This document shows positions 1-7,982 of a DNA stretch of 32,000 nt, in pieces. The stretch lies in NCBI RefSeq assembly GCF_000020225.1, contig NC_010655.1, positions 1,470,001 through 1,502,000 of the forward strand, given 5' to 3'. Positions within the stretch are counted from its first letter, which is position 1; each line of letters opens with the position of its first letter. Both the position numbers and the translations under genes were made by a program. Source of the DNA: Akkermansia muciniphila ATCC BAA-835 (GTDB taxonomy: Bacteria > Verrucomicrobiota > Verrucomicrobiia > Verrucomicrobiales > Akkermansiaceae). The notes under the pieces are model-generated. The model was not told the DNA's origin. It was given only the letters and a program-made list of their open reading frames with translations, and searched no databases.

Positions 1-575
1 TTGAGGGTTTCCGCCGTAGCAATACTGTCTGGGAACCTTATTTGTTCAATGTTGATCATCTGGCGTTTCATCGGAATGGCCATGGTGACACCCAGTACGG
101 CAATGAAAAATATCCAGGCGAAGGTAGTGCCAAGAGGCATGTGCTGTCCTGTCAGCAGGAGCAGGGCGGCTACGGCAGAGGTGAGGGTTCCCCCTGTAGA
201 ATAGCCTGCAGAACTGGCAGCGGACTGCATGCATGTATTTTCCAGAATAGTCATGGGGGATTTGGAAATGCCCAGGCGCACAAAGGCGTTCCAGAGGGCA
301 AAAGAGATAATTCCTGCCGTCAGAGCCACCCCAAAGGACCATCCCATTTTGAGGTTGGCGTACAGATTAGTGAGGGAAAGGATGGAGCCTAGAAGCATGC
401 CTACGATGACGGCTCTCCAGGTAAGCTGCTTCATTCTGTCTCCGGAACCCAGATAAACTTGATCGTACCATTGCTGTTCTACTTCATCCGGAGTACCTTG
501 GAATCCATCCAGAGGCAGCGGTTTTTCCAAGCAGGAGGGGAGAGGGCTGGAAGATTGGGGGGACGTAGATGCCAT
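1..575 (-). CDS. OPT-family oligopeptide transporter, N-terminal part (gene continues past the left edge)
   Basis: This gene is absent from the ORF track because no stop lies in the window. My reverse-strand translation from the ATG (complement of 573-575) reads MASTSPQSSSPLPSCLEKPLPLDGFQGTPDEVEQQWYDQVYLGSGDRMKQLTWRAVIVGMLLGSILSLTNLYANLKMGWSFGVALTAGIISFALWNAF...MAIPMKRQMINIEQIRFPDSIATAETL. The 'E.QWY..VY.G' N-terminus, the successive hydrophobic helices and the 'MKRQMI..E.L.FP...A.AE' segment are typical of bacterial OPT transporters. A second in-frame ATG lies at complement 582-584. Confidence 0.7.
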   Translation of the reverse strand, partial: MASTSPQSSSPLPSCLEKPLPLDGFQGTPDEVEQQWYDQVYLGSGDRMKQLTWRAVIVGMLLGSILSLTNLYANLKMGWSFGVALTAGIISFALWNAFVRLGISKSPMTILENTCMQSAASSAGYSTGGTLTSAVAALLLLTGQHMPLGTTFAWIFFIAVLGVTMAIPMKRQMINIEQIRFPDSIATAETL

Positions 576-695
576 ACAGTTCATAATATAGCATTTGCGG
601 GAGTGGTGGAAAAGTCGTATCTGTTTTTCTCTGCTTTCGGCGTTCCTTCTGCTTGAGACTTGCGTGCTTGTGACGGCCGTGGTTTAATGGGCGGC

Positions 696-1481
696 ATGAG
701 CCAATCTTTTACGGATAAACTTGCCGCCCGCATTAAAGAGACCGGTTCCGCCTTGTGTGTCGGGTTGGATCCGCGCCCCGGCATGGATGATTTGGAGGCG
801 ATTCCTGCGCTGTTGCGGAAGGTTGTGGAGGAAACCGCTCCATATGCGGCAGCGTTTAAGCCGAATATTGCCTATTTTGAAGCCATGGGGTTGCGCGGTC
901 TGGAAATACTTGAGGATTTGCTTCCGGATATGCCTAAGGATGTTCCGGTGGTGCTGGATGCTAAGCGTGGAGATATTGGAGAGACTCAGAAGTATTACGC
1001 TCATGCTTACTTTGAACGCCTGGGTGTGGACGCTGTGACGTTGAGTCCTTTTATGGGATATGATACGCTGGAGCCTTTTCTGAATTATGAAGGTAAAGGT
1101 GTTTATCTGCTGGCAGTTACTTCCAATCCCGGTTCTGCGGATGTGGAACGGCAGGAACTGGCAGGGGGCCGCAGGGTTTTTGAACTGGTGGGAGACATGG
1201 TGCTCCGCTCTGTCCGGGAAGGCTGTAAAACTTCCGTAGGCATGGTGGTTGGTTTGACCAATGCAGATTCCAGTATTCTGGAGCGTATTCCGGATGCTCC
1301 TTTGCTCATTCCCGGCCTGGGTGCTCAAGGCGGTGATCTTTCCTGCCTGAGTGGTTCCGGTCACGTGGCGCCTCCCCTGATTAATGTCTCTCGAGGAATC
1401 ATGTACCAGAATCCGGAATTGGGTTTTGCTGAGAAGGCCGCCGGATTTGCTCAGCGCATTCGAGAGGCATTGAATTATTGA
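696..1481 (+). CDS. pyrF: Orotidine 5'-phosphate decarboxylase (type 2)
   Basis: Track ORF 660..1481. OMP decarboxylase motifs are present: 'LCVGLDP', 'AAFKPNIAYFE', 'VVLDAKRGDIGET', 'AVTLSPFMG' and 'LIPGLGAQGG'. I prefer the ATG at 696 (MSQSFTDKL) or 687 over the TTG at 660. Confidence 0.93.
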   Translation: MSQSFTDKLAARIKETGSALCVGLDPRPGMDDLEAIPALLRKVVEETAPYAAAFKPNIAYFEAMGLRGLEILEDLLPDMPKDVPVVLDAKRGDIGETQKYYAHAYFERLGVDAVTLSPFMGYDTLEPFLNYEGKGVYLLAVTSNPGSADVERQELAGGRRVFELVGDMVLRSVREGCKTSVGMVVGLTNADSSILERIPDAPLLIPGLGAQGGDLSCLSGSGHVAPPLINVSRGIMYQNPELGFAEKAAGFAQRIREALNY

Positions 1482-1603
1482 TGTTCATGTATTTTTTGCA
1501 AATAACAAAATGATAACGGCCTGCTTATGGCTGTGCATGAGCTTGTCAAAGGGAAGGGGCTGATATATTGAACAGGTGCATCCCCATTCCCTGCCCGTTT
1601 TTT

Positions 1604-2377
1604 ATGGATGAAAAGCCTGGAATTGTAAAATTCACTCCCCATTCCACTTCCAGATCCGCAATGTTGATTGCGGTGGCAGTGACAGTGGGTGTTCAGGTGG
1701 CTTTGTGTGCTGTGCTTGTAGCCATACATTTGCAGGATATGTGGTTTCCCTCCGTCCAGGGTGGGGAAGTGGAAATGACGTTTGTGTCCCCGTCCGAAGA
1801 AGTTTCTCAGGAGATGGAAGAAGTTCAGCCTACATCTGTTGTTCCGGTTGCAGCTCCTTCCACAGTCAGCCCTGTTCCGGAGATTGCGTCAGATGAAGAC
1901 TTATTGGCGATGAAGCTGCCGGAAAATGAAGATTGTTCCGAAATGAAGGATTTTCTTTTGGATGAAGCTCCTTCCGAACTCTTGCCGGAGGAGCTCGCCG
2001 CCATGCGGATTTCCATGAATGAAGTAAAGCGAAGGCAGCCTGTGAAGCGCCCGGCGGTATCCCTGCCGGGGCGTCCGGAACCGGATCAGAATATTTCTCC
2101 TGATAAAAAGGTGCGTTATAAACATGCTCCGTCCTTGCCCAATTCCGTCAATTCTTCTAAAGTCGGGAAGGTGAATGCCGTGGTGAAAGTAGTGGTTGGA
2201 GTAAATTCCCATGGGGAACCTTCATCCGTCAATCTTCTTCAGTCAACGGGAAATGCGGAATTGGACCGCCTTTTTATGCGTTGGGTGAGAGAGAATTGGA
2301 CTTTTTATCCGGCGGAAAAGGACGGTGTGCCCATTGCTTCCAAGGTGGTGGTGCCCGTCAGGCTGAATATAGATTAA
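1604..2377 (+). CDS. TonB-family energy-transducer-like protein (N-terminal TM anchor, acidic/Pro-poor linker, TonB_C domain)
   Basis: Track ORF 1568..2377 starts at a TTG, so the ATG at 1604 (MDEKPG) is more likely. There is a TM helix 'AMLIAVAVTVGVQVALCAVLVAI'. The C-terminus 'GKVNAVVKVVVGVNSHGEPSSVNLLQSTGNAELDRLFMRWVRENWTFYPAEKDGVPIASKVVVPVRL' fits the TonB C-terminal domain pattern. Confidence 0.8.
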   Translation: MDEKPGIVKFTPHSTSRSAMLIAVAVTVGVQVALCAVLVAIHLQDMWFPSVQGGEVEMTFVSPSEEVSQEMEEVQPTSVVPVAAPSTVSPVPEIASDEDLLAMKLPENEDCSEMKDFLLDEAPSELLPEELAAMRISMNEVKRRQPVKRPAVSLPGRPEPDQNISPDKKVRYKHAPSLPNSVNSSKVGKVNAVVKVVVGVNSHGEPSSVNLLQSTGNAELDRLFMRWVRENWTFYPAEKDGVPIASKVVVPVRLNID

Positions 2378-2398
2378 CCTGTACAAGGAAATATAAAG

Positions 2399-4090
2399 AT
2401 GCTTCCGGAGAAGACAGAGAATAGGCCCGTTTATGTGATCGGCCACCAGAATCCGGATACGGATGCTATTTGTTCAGCCATAGGGAATGCGGAGTTTTTA
2501 AGAACTCATGGCGAACCTGGTGCGGTTGCCGCCAGATGTGGGGAAATGACGCTGAGAACATCCTGGGTATTGGAAAAGGCAGGAGTGCCGGAGCCGATAC
2601 TGATTCATGACGTGACGCCCACCGCCGGGACAATCTGTCGTCGTGATGTGATTAGCGTAAGTCCGGACGATACATTCCTGACGGCGTATCGAAGGATGAC
2701 GGAAAATTCCCTTCAAACCATACCGGTTATTGACGCTGATTACAACCTTCATGGCCTATTGCGTTATTTTGATTTGTTGAGCCTGCTCATGCCTCTGAAT
2801 ATGACGGAGATGAATGTGCGCTCCGTCTTTTCCAGCCTGAGCAATATCGCCACCACCATTGACGGAAAATGTCTGACCGGGGAATCCTTAAGTGAGGAAG
2901 AAACGCAGAATATTCTGCTGGTGGGTGCTTCCAGTGAACCCAGCGTTCGAACAAGGCTCGCAAATTACAGGAGAAAAGGGATTATCCGGGATCTGATTGT
3001 TATTTGTGGGGACCGTCCGAATGTGCAGCTATATGCAGTGGAACATGGCGTACGCGCTTTGGTGACCACGTCCGGTGCTTTCCCTTCCTTGGACATTATT
3101 GAGACGGCCCAGACGACGGGAACATGTATTTTGAGTACTCCCTGGGATACGGCCAGTGTTGGCCAGTTGATCCGTTGTTCCCGGAAGGTGAGGGAGCAGG
3201 TTCAGAAGGATTACACCGTTTTTCCGGAGAATATGCCGCTGCCCGAGTTGAGGCAGGCTGCCGTAAAGCGCAAGCAGGCATTGTTCCCTGTGATGAGTAT
3301 CAAGACGAACAAAATAATTGGTGTACTGAGTAAGACGGATTTGGTGGATCCGCCCCGTACACGTGTGGCTTTAGTGGATCACAATGAATTTTCTCAGGCC
3401 GTCAAGGGGGTGGAGGAGGCGGAGATTGTGGAGGTGATGGATCACCACCGTTTGGGTACCCAGCTTTCTACACGGGATCCAATCCGTTTTTTGAATGAAC
3501 CCGTAGGATCCACATCCACCTTGGTGGCACGCAGATTTTACCATCGTAATGTGGAACCCTCCCAGGCTGTAGCGGTCTGCCTGTGCGCGGGGATTCTTTC
3601 AGATACCCTGAATTTGACATCTCCTACGGCGGCTCGGGCAGATAGGGAAATGTTGGAATGGCTGACAGGGATTGCCAAAATAGATGCCAAGAAGTTTACA
3701 GAGGAGTTTTTTGCTACCGGTTCTCTGTTGCGTTCCAAAACTGAACCTTCCGTTATTATTCAGGCGGACAGGAAGACTTTTACTGAGTACGGGCATAAGA
3801 TCAGTATTTCCCAGATTGAGGAAATTGGTATGTTTGGCTTGGAAGATGTCCAGGAAGGTTTAGTGAGGGAACTTCGGAAGCTGGTGGAGAAAGAGGGGCT
3901 GAAGCTTGCTTGCCTTTTGGTTACGGATATCGTTACTCACGATTCCATGTTGCTGGCCGTCGGGGATGAAGAAGCTCTGGAAAATATCGAGTACGAGCGG
4001 CTTGGCCCTAATTTGTTTTCCGCTACTGATGTGGTAAGCCGAAAGAAACAGCTTTTTCCTGCTATTTCCCGTGCATTAAAGACGTTGTAG
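2399..4090 (+). CDS. ppaC: CBS-domain-containing family II (DHH/DHHA2) inorganic pyrophosphatase
   Basis: The 563-aa ORF has a DHH N-terminus 'VIGHQNPDTDAICSAIG' and a CBS pair with an inserted DRTGG-like segment ('ICGDRPNV...ALVTTSG'). It also has 'VDHNE', 'MDHHRLG' and a DHHA2 C-terminal region. Confidence 0.88.
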   Translation: MLPEKTENRPVYVIGHQNPDTDAICSAIGNAEFLRTHGEPGAVAARCGEMTLRTSWVLEKAGVPEPILIHDVTPTAGTICRRDVISVSPDDTFLTAYRRMTENSLQTIPVIDADYNLHGLLRYFDLLSLLMPLNMTEMNVRSVFSSLSNIATTIDGKCLTGESLSEEETQNILLVGASSEPSVRTRLANYRRKGIIRDLIVICGDRPNVQLYAVEHGVRALVTTSGAFPSLDIIETAQTTGTCILSTPWDTASVGQLIRCSRKVREQVQKDYTVFPENMPLPELRQAAVKRKQALFPVMSIKTNKIIGVLSKTDLVDPPRTRVALVDHNEFSQAVKGVEEAEIVEVMDHHRLGTQLSTRDPIRFLNEPVGSTSTLVARRFYHRNVEPSQAVAVCLCAGILSDTLNLTSPTAARADREMLEWLTGIAKIDAKKFTEEFFATGSLLRSKTEPSVIIQADRKTFTEYGHKISISQIEEIGMFGLEDVQEGLVRELRKLVEKEGLKLACLLVTDIVTHDSMLLAVGDEEALENIEYERLGPNLFSATDVVSRKKQLFPAISRALKTL

Positions 4091-4095
4091 ATGCC

Positions 4096-4129
4096 GGAAA
4101 TCTTTGCTTTTTACAGGCAAGATTTTTCC
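4096..4129 (+). terminator. Putative intrinsic terminator after the pyrophosphatase gene (imperfect hairpin + T-run)
   Basis: The sequence is GGAAATCTTTGC-tttttaca-GGCAAGATTTTTCC. The stem is imperfect with bulges and ends in T5. It lies between convergent genes. Confidence 0.4.
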
Positions 4130-4168
4130 TGAGGAGGAACGGCGTTGCCGTGCTGTAAGGGGTATAGA

Positions 4169-5209
4169 TCAGGGAATTGCAATGTCTGCTACGATAGAAC
4201 GGCGGATAGTATCCGGTATCAGCACAGTACTGGCTCTTTCAGGTTTGAGCGGCGGCGTGCAAAAAACTCGGTCTAGGCGTAATAGAGGGAAATTGACAGG
4301 TTGCGTAGCTCCGTAACCGGCACCTTTCAGTTTGAAGCAATCCTGAAAGTCGGAACTGAGTTTGGAGAAAATGGGGGATTGAGGGGCGGCGCTGAAGTTC
4401 CCGGCCATGATAATGGGAAGTTCTCCATGCTGGGTTCCTACTTCCCTCAGGGTATCAAACAGGTATTGAAGTTGTTTACGGTGGATGAAGCGGAGTGTAT
4501 GGAAATATTTCCAGCAGGCGGGGGAGTACAGGTCGAAGCGATGTTCAAAAGGTTCCAGACTGATGTTGATGAGCCGAATCGCCAAGGAGGAATTTTCCGG
4601 TATCCAGTCTACAATCAAACCGGCTGTGTCCGTGATGCTCTGGGCTGGACCAATCTGACCGTGCCTTACAATGATCGCGCAACTTCCTATTTGCTTGATA
4701 TAAGAGGTTCTACCGAAAATACTGTAGGCAAATTTGAGTGTTCGGTTATAGTTGCTGCAGCCTTGGACGAAAATGACATCTGCACGGAGTTTGGATATTT
4801 GTTCAATGGGAGGGGGGGCCTCGCAGCCCTCGTACAAGGTAAGAACCCTTATTTGCCTGGCATCCGGAGATGGCGGCATTTTGTAGTATTCCATTCCAGT
4901 TCTGGCAATGGGCGGGAGAAAGTCTGTAATGACGATGCCGTACGCAACCCAGACGATAATGCCAAGCAGACCGATCCGGGAACCGAAGACCAGCCATGCA
5001 ATGAGCGCCGGAAAGGAGAAAATGAGACAGCAAGCCCATATGGGCAGTGACGTTGCAAAAGCCATCGTGTCTGAACCGGTCCAGAAAATAGTGACGACGA
5101 TGACCCACAGGCACAGAGAGACGCCACCCAGCGCTATTCCCAAGTGGTTGACTCCGGATAGCGTTGGCAGAGGTTCTGCCAGATGTTTGCGTCTTCTGAG
5201 CCGATGCAC
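4169..5209 (-). CDS. Membrane-anchored endonuclease/exonuclease/phosphatase (EEP) family protein
   Basis: The 346-aa ORF has a GTG start 12 nt after the ybaB stop. The N-terminus has about 4 hydrophobic helices, followed by an EEP-like domain ('IRVLTLY', 'ADVIFVQ', 'PIIMAGNF', 'LRLDRVF'). Confidence 0.75.
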   Translation of the reverse strand: MHRLRRRKHLAEPLPTLSGVNHLGIALGGVSLCLWVIVVTIFWTGSDTMAFATSLPIWACCLIFSFPALIAWLVFGSRIGLLGIIVWVAYGIVITDFLPPIARTGMEYYKMPPSPDARQIRVLTLYEGCEAPPPIEQISKLRADVIFVQGCSNYNRTLKFAYSIFGRTSYIKQIGSCAIIVRHGQIGPAQSITDTAGLIVDWIPENSSLAIRLINISLEPFEHRFDLYSPACWKYFHTLRFIHRKQLQYLFDTLREVGTQHGELPIIMAGNFSAAPQSPIFSKLSSDFQDCFKLKGAGYGATQPVNFPLLRLDRVFCTPPLKPERASTVLIPDTIRRSIVADIAIP

Positions 5210-5221
5210 TGTGGTGACAGA

Positions 5222-5536
5222 TTAGAAGCCCATGCCTGGAGGGAGATCCAGGCCTCCTGTCAGCTTTTTCATTTCCGCCGCGGCTGTTTCCTTACCCTTG
5301 GCAATAGCTGCATTGATGGTTTGAAGGAGAAGCTCCTGGAGAAATTCTGAATCGGACGGGTCAATGATGGAAGGATCAATGACCAGTTCCGTGAGGTTGC
5401 CGTCACAGGTGGCGGTAACTTTCAATTTTCCTCCAGCTCCTTCCGTTGTAACGGTTTGGGAGGCGAGTTTTTCTTGAGCGGCCGCAAGCCCTGCCTGCAT
5501 TTGCTGGACCTGTTTCATCATTTTCATTATGTTCAT
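5222..5536 (-). CDS. ybaB: Nucleoid-associated protein YbaB/EbfC
   Basis: The sequence 'MNIMKMMKQVQQMQAGLAAAQEKLASQTV..GGKLKVTATCDGNLTELVIDPSIIDPSD.EFLQELLLQTINAAIAKGKE' is the YbaB/EbfC family pattern. The ATG at 5536 avoids overlap with dnaX, whereas the track start at 5611 overlaps it. The gene sits in the classic position downstream of dnaX. Confidence 0.92.
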   Translation of the reverse strand: MNIMKMMKQVQQMQAGLAAAQEKLASQTVTTEGAGGKLKVTATCDGNLTELVIDPSIIDPSDSEFLQELLLQTINAAIAKGKETAAAEMKKLTGGLDLPPGMGF

Positions 5537-5564
5537 GGTCGTTGTGTCTGGGTGGATGAGTTGA

Positions 5565-7763
5565 CTATTGGGAAATGATACGAGCCCGGAAAATCTCCAT
5601 AGCAGCATCAATCAGCGGATCCGTGTAGTAAGAGTTATCTTCATTTTCCTCTTTGGAAGCTTCCTGGACAGGCTCTGCGGTTTTTTTCTGCGGGGTATGA
5701 GGTTTAGGTGCAGGAATGGTGGATGCGGAAGGAGGTGGTGCAGGCAGAGGAGCCAGTTCTTCCTGCACGGGTTCGGGAATGGAGAAATCCTGACGGATAG
5801 AAATAGTAACAGAGGTTCCAATATATTGGGAAAGAGCAGCTTCCAAAGCTGTTCGCAGAGGGCCGGTTCCAAGACTGTCCATCCCCTGACGGTCAGAAGG
5901 ATGAAAAGAAATGGCGACTGCTACACCATCATAACCGGAAAAAACGCTGTTGGCTAGAAAGTCCGCTTGAAGAGGGAATTTGGCGGACATTTGTTCCAAC
6001 ACCGTTTTCCAGTCTTCTTCCGTGATTGTTCTTCCTGATTGTTGGGACAGAACTGCCGGTTCCTCTTTTTCTACGGGTGCCTGGGTTTGGGATGATGTGC
6101 TTGGAGTATCGAATAGATTGTCAAAGAAACTGTTAGTTCGTCTTTCCAGAGGAAGATTTTCCTCTGGATCCATAAAAGTAGGCTCTGGAGAATCCGTAGG
6201 AAATTTCGACACATCGGAGGCATCGGAGTCTGGATGCCGGGTGATTTCTTCGGAGGCAGGTACGGTTTTTGTCCGCAATTTAGTGGCGGAGTAGGGAAAT
6301 TCTTCCTCTGCAACGGCAAGAGAGGTGGGGGGGGCAGCGGGTGTAAGAGTTTCCTGTTGTGGTTCGGCTTCCTGCGTAGGATGGGGAGAAGCTTGAGCGT
6401 CAGTGCTCTGAATTTTCTGTACTGCGGGAGATGAAGCAGGGGAAGACAAAGAAAAATCTGGAATCGGATCCATCAAATGTTCTTCCGTAGCTGGGGTTGG
6501 GTTTGTTGCAGCAACAGGAGACTGGATGTTTTGCCGGGGGGCCGGAGTGGGTGCCGTGGCGGAGGAAATAAATGTACTTGGTTCCTGCTGTGAAGCAAGA
6601 TCTGAAGAAGAGGCCGGTGCCGCGGTGGCTAGCGGAGCACCTTCCAACGCCATGATAATATCGCTGATGCTGGCCTCAGCCAGAGTATGAACGGCTTTAA
6701 TCAGGCCCATTTCCAGATGAAGCCTTTTATTGGTGGACCAGCGCATTTTATCTTCCGTTTCCGCCAGAACTTCCACCAAACGCAGGATTTTGTCCGTATG
6801 GGTGCGTTTGACCAATTCGGCGAGTTCCTCCTTGGAGGATTCCGGGAGAGAATCAAAGCTGGCTTCTGGATCTACTTTAGAGACCAGGATTTCACGCACG
6901 GCGGAGATAATTTCGGAAAGGAACTGGCTCATGTCTCTTCCTGCTTCCGCCTGTTCATGCAGAAGATGCAGGAGAGAGGGAAGTTCCTTGTTCAAAATAA
7001 GCGCCAGAGCATGGGCCACGGTCTCCCGGGAAGTAATGCCGAAAATGTGGAGTACCTGCTGTTCTTCAATATGATCTCCACAGAAGGAAACAAGCTGGTC
7101 CAGCATGGATTGTGCATCCCGCATACCTCCATCCGCCACTTTGGCGACAGCAAAGGCTGCTTCCCTGCTCAAACTTACTCCCTCTGCAGAAGCGATATGG
7201 AGCAGGTGTTCTGCAATGATTTCAGAAGGGATGGGGCGCAGGTCGAAGCGCTGGCATCGCGATAGAATGGTTGGCAGTATTTTATGGGGTTCCGTGGTTG
7301 CGAAAATAAATTTGACATGAGGTGGCGGTTCTTCCAGCGTTTTGAGCAGGGCGTTGAAGGATTCCTTAGTGAGCATGTGCACTTCATCTATATAGACGAT
7401 ACGGAAATTTCCTCTGCTCGGAGCGAACCGTACGTTGTCCCTGAGATCCCGGATGTGATCAATGCCGCGGTTGGATGCTCCGTCTATTTCAAGAACATCC
7501 AGGCTCCGCCCTTCTGCAATTTCTTCACATATATCTTCATGCGGGTCAAAATCCACTTTGGGCCCACCGCTGCAGTTTAGAGCTTTCGCAAAAATTCTTG
7601 CGGTTGATGTCTTTCCCGTTCCACGGGGACCTACAAAGAGATAGGCATGGGCGAGACGGTTGTGCTCAATGGCGTTTTTCAACGTCCGGACAACATGATC
7701 CTGTCCAAGGACGTCATCGAATGTCAGAGGACGGTATTTTCTGGCAAAGACCTGGTAACTCAC
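5565..7763 (-). CDS. dnaX: DNA polymerase III subunit gamma/tau
   Basis: The 732-aa ORF has a GTG start. It shows 'ARKYRPLTFDDVLGQDHV', the Walker A 'GPRGTGKTS', 'IDEVHML' and 'SRCQRF'. A Pro/Ser/Thr/Ala-rich linker of about 200 aa follows, and then a conserved C-terminal domain. Confidence 0.95.
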   Translation of the reverse strand: MSYQVFARKYRPLTFDDVLGQDHVVRTLKNAIEHNRLAHAYLFVGPRGTGKTSTARIFAKALNCSGGPKVDFDPHEDICEEIAEGRSLDVLEIDGASNRGIDHIRDLRDNVRFAPSRGNFRIVYIDEVHMLTKESFNALLKTLEEPPPHVKFIFATTEPHKILPTILSRCQRFDLRPIPSEIIAEHLLHIASAEGVSLSREAAFAVAKVADGGMRDAQSMLDQLVSFCGDHIEEQQVLHIFGITSRETVAHALALILNKELPSLLHLLHEQAEAGRDMSQFLSEIISAVREILVSKVDPEASFDSLPESSKEELAELVKRTHTDKILRLVEVLAETEDKMRWSTNKRLHLEMGLIKAVHTLAEASISDIIMALEGAPLATAAPASSSDLASQQEPSTFISSATAPTPAPRQNIQSPVAATNPTPATEEHLMDPIPDFSLSSPASSPAVQKIQSTDAQASPHPTQEAEPQQETLTPAAPPTSLAVAEEEFPYSATKLRTKTVPASEEITRHPDSDASDVSKFPTDSPEPTFMDPEENLPLERRTNSFFDNLFDTPSTSSQTQAPVEKEEPAVLSQQSGRTITEEDWKTVLEQMSAKFPLQADFLANSVFSGYDGVAVAISFHPSDRQGMDSLGTGPLRTALEAALSQYIGTSVTISIRQDFSIPEPVQEELAPLPAPPPSASTIPAPKPHTPQKKTAEPVQEASKEENEDNSYYTDPLIDAAMEIFRARIISQ

Positions 7764-7949
7764 GGTTCAGAAAGACTAGAAGATGAGTTCCCGTTTGAAA
7801 AGAAAATAGAGAGTAATTGTTTTAAAATGTTGATAAAACGGTTCTTGCGCACTCCCGTTACGGAGCTTGCCTGAAAAAAATATCAAGAAAACAATGAGGA
7901 TGTCATTTTGATATTGAAATCTGAAAATGTTCATGCCAATCTCACAAAA

Positions 7950-7977
7950 GTAACAGGAACCTTCTCATCTCTATAAT
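7950..7977 (+). promoter_or_regulatory. Putative sigma70-type promoter directly abutting the start codon of the first coiled-coil gene
   Basis: A perfect TATAAT lies at 7972-7977, only 5 nt before the ATG at 7983. A weak -35 'GTAACA' lies at 7950-7955, giving a 16-nt spacer. Confidence 0.3.
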
Positions 7978-7982
7978 TTCCT

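Noticed and set aside
5537-5611. The ybaB ORF has a 25-codon N-terminal extension (track start 5611).
   Set aside because: The extension overlaps the dnaX 3' end and adds a non-homologous hydrophobic peptide. YbaB homology starts at the ATG at 5536.
5681-5687. An A7 run (plus-strand T7) in dnaX could be an E. coli-like A AAA AAG frameshift site.
   Set aside because: It lies about 40 codons from the C-terminus (in '...PQKKTAEP...'), far past the position where a gamma-type truncation would be made. It also does not form an X XXY YYZ heptamer in the zero frame.
7764-7982. The AT-rich 219-nt region upstream of dnaX could hold an SRP RNA or other ncRNA, as in some genomes where ffs precedes dnaX.
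   Set aside because: I could find no conserved SRP RNA helix-8 motif and no extended GC-rich pairing by eye. The region looks like a plain divergent promoter region. A covariance-model scan (Rfam/Infernal) would be the definitive test.
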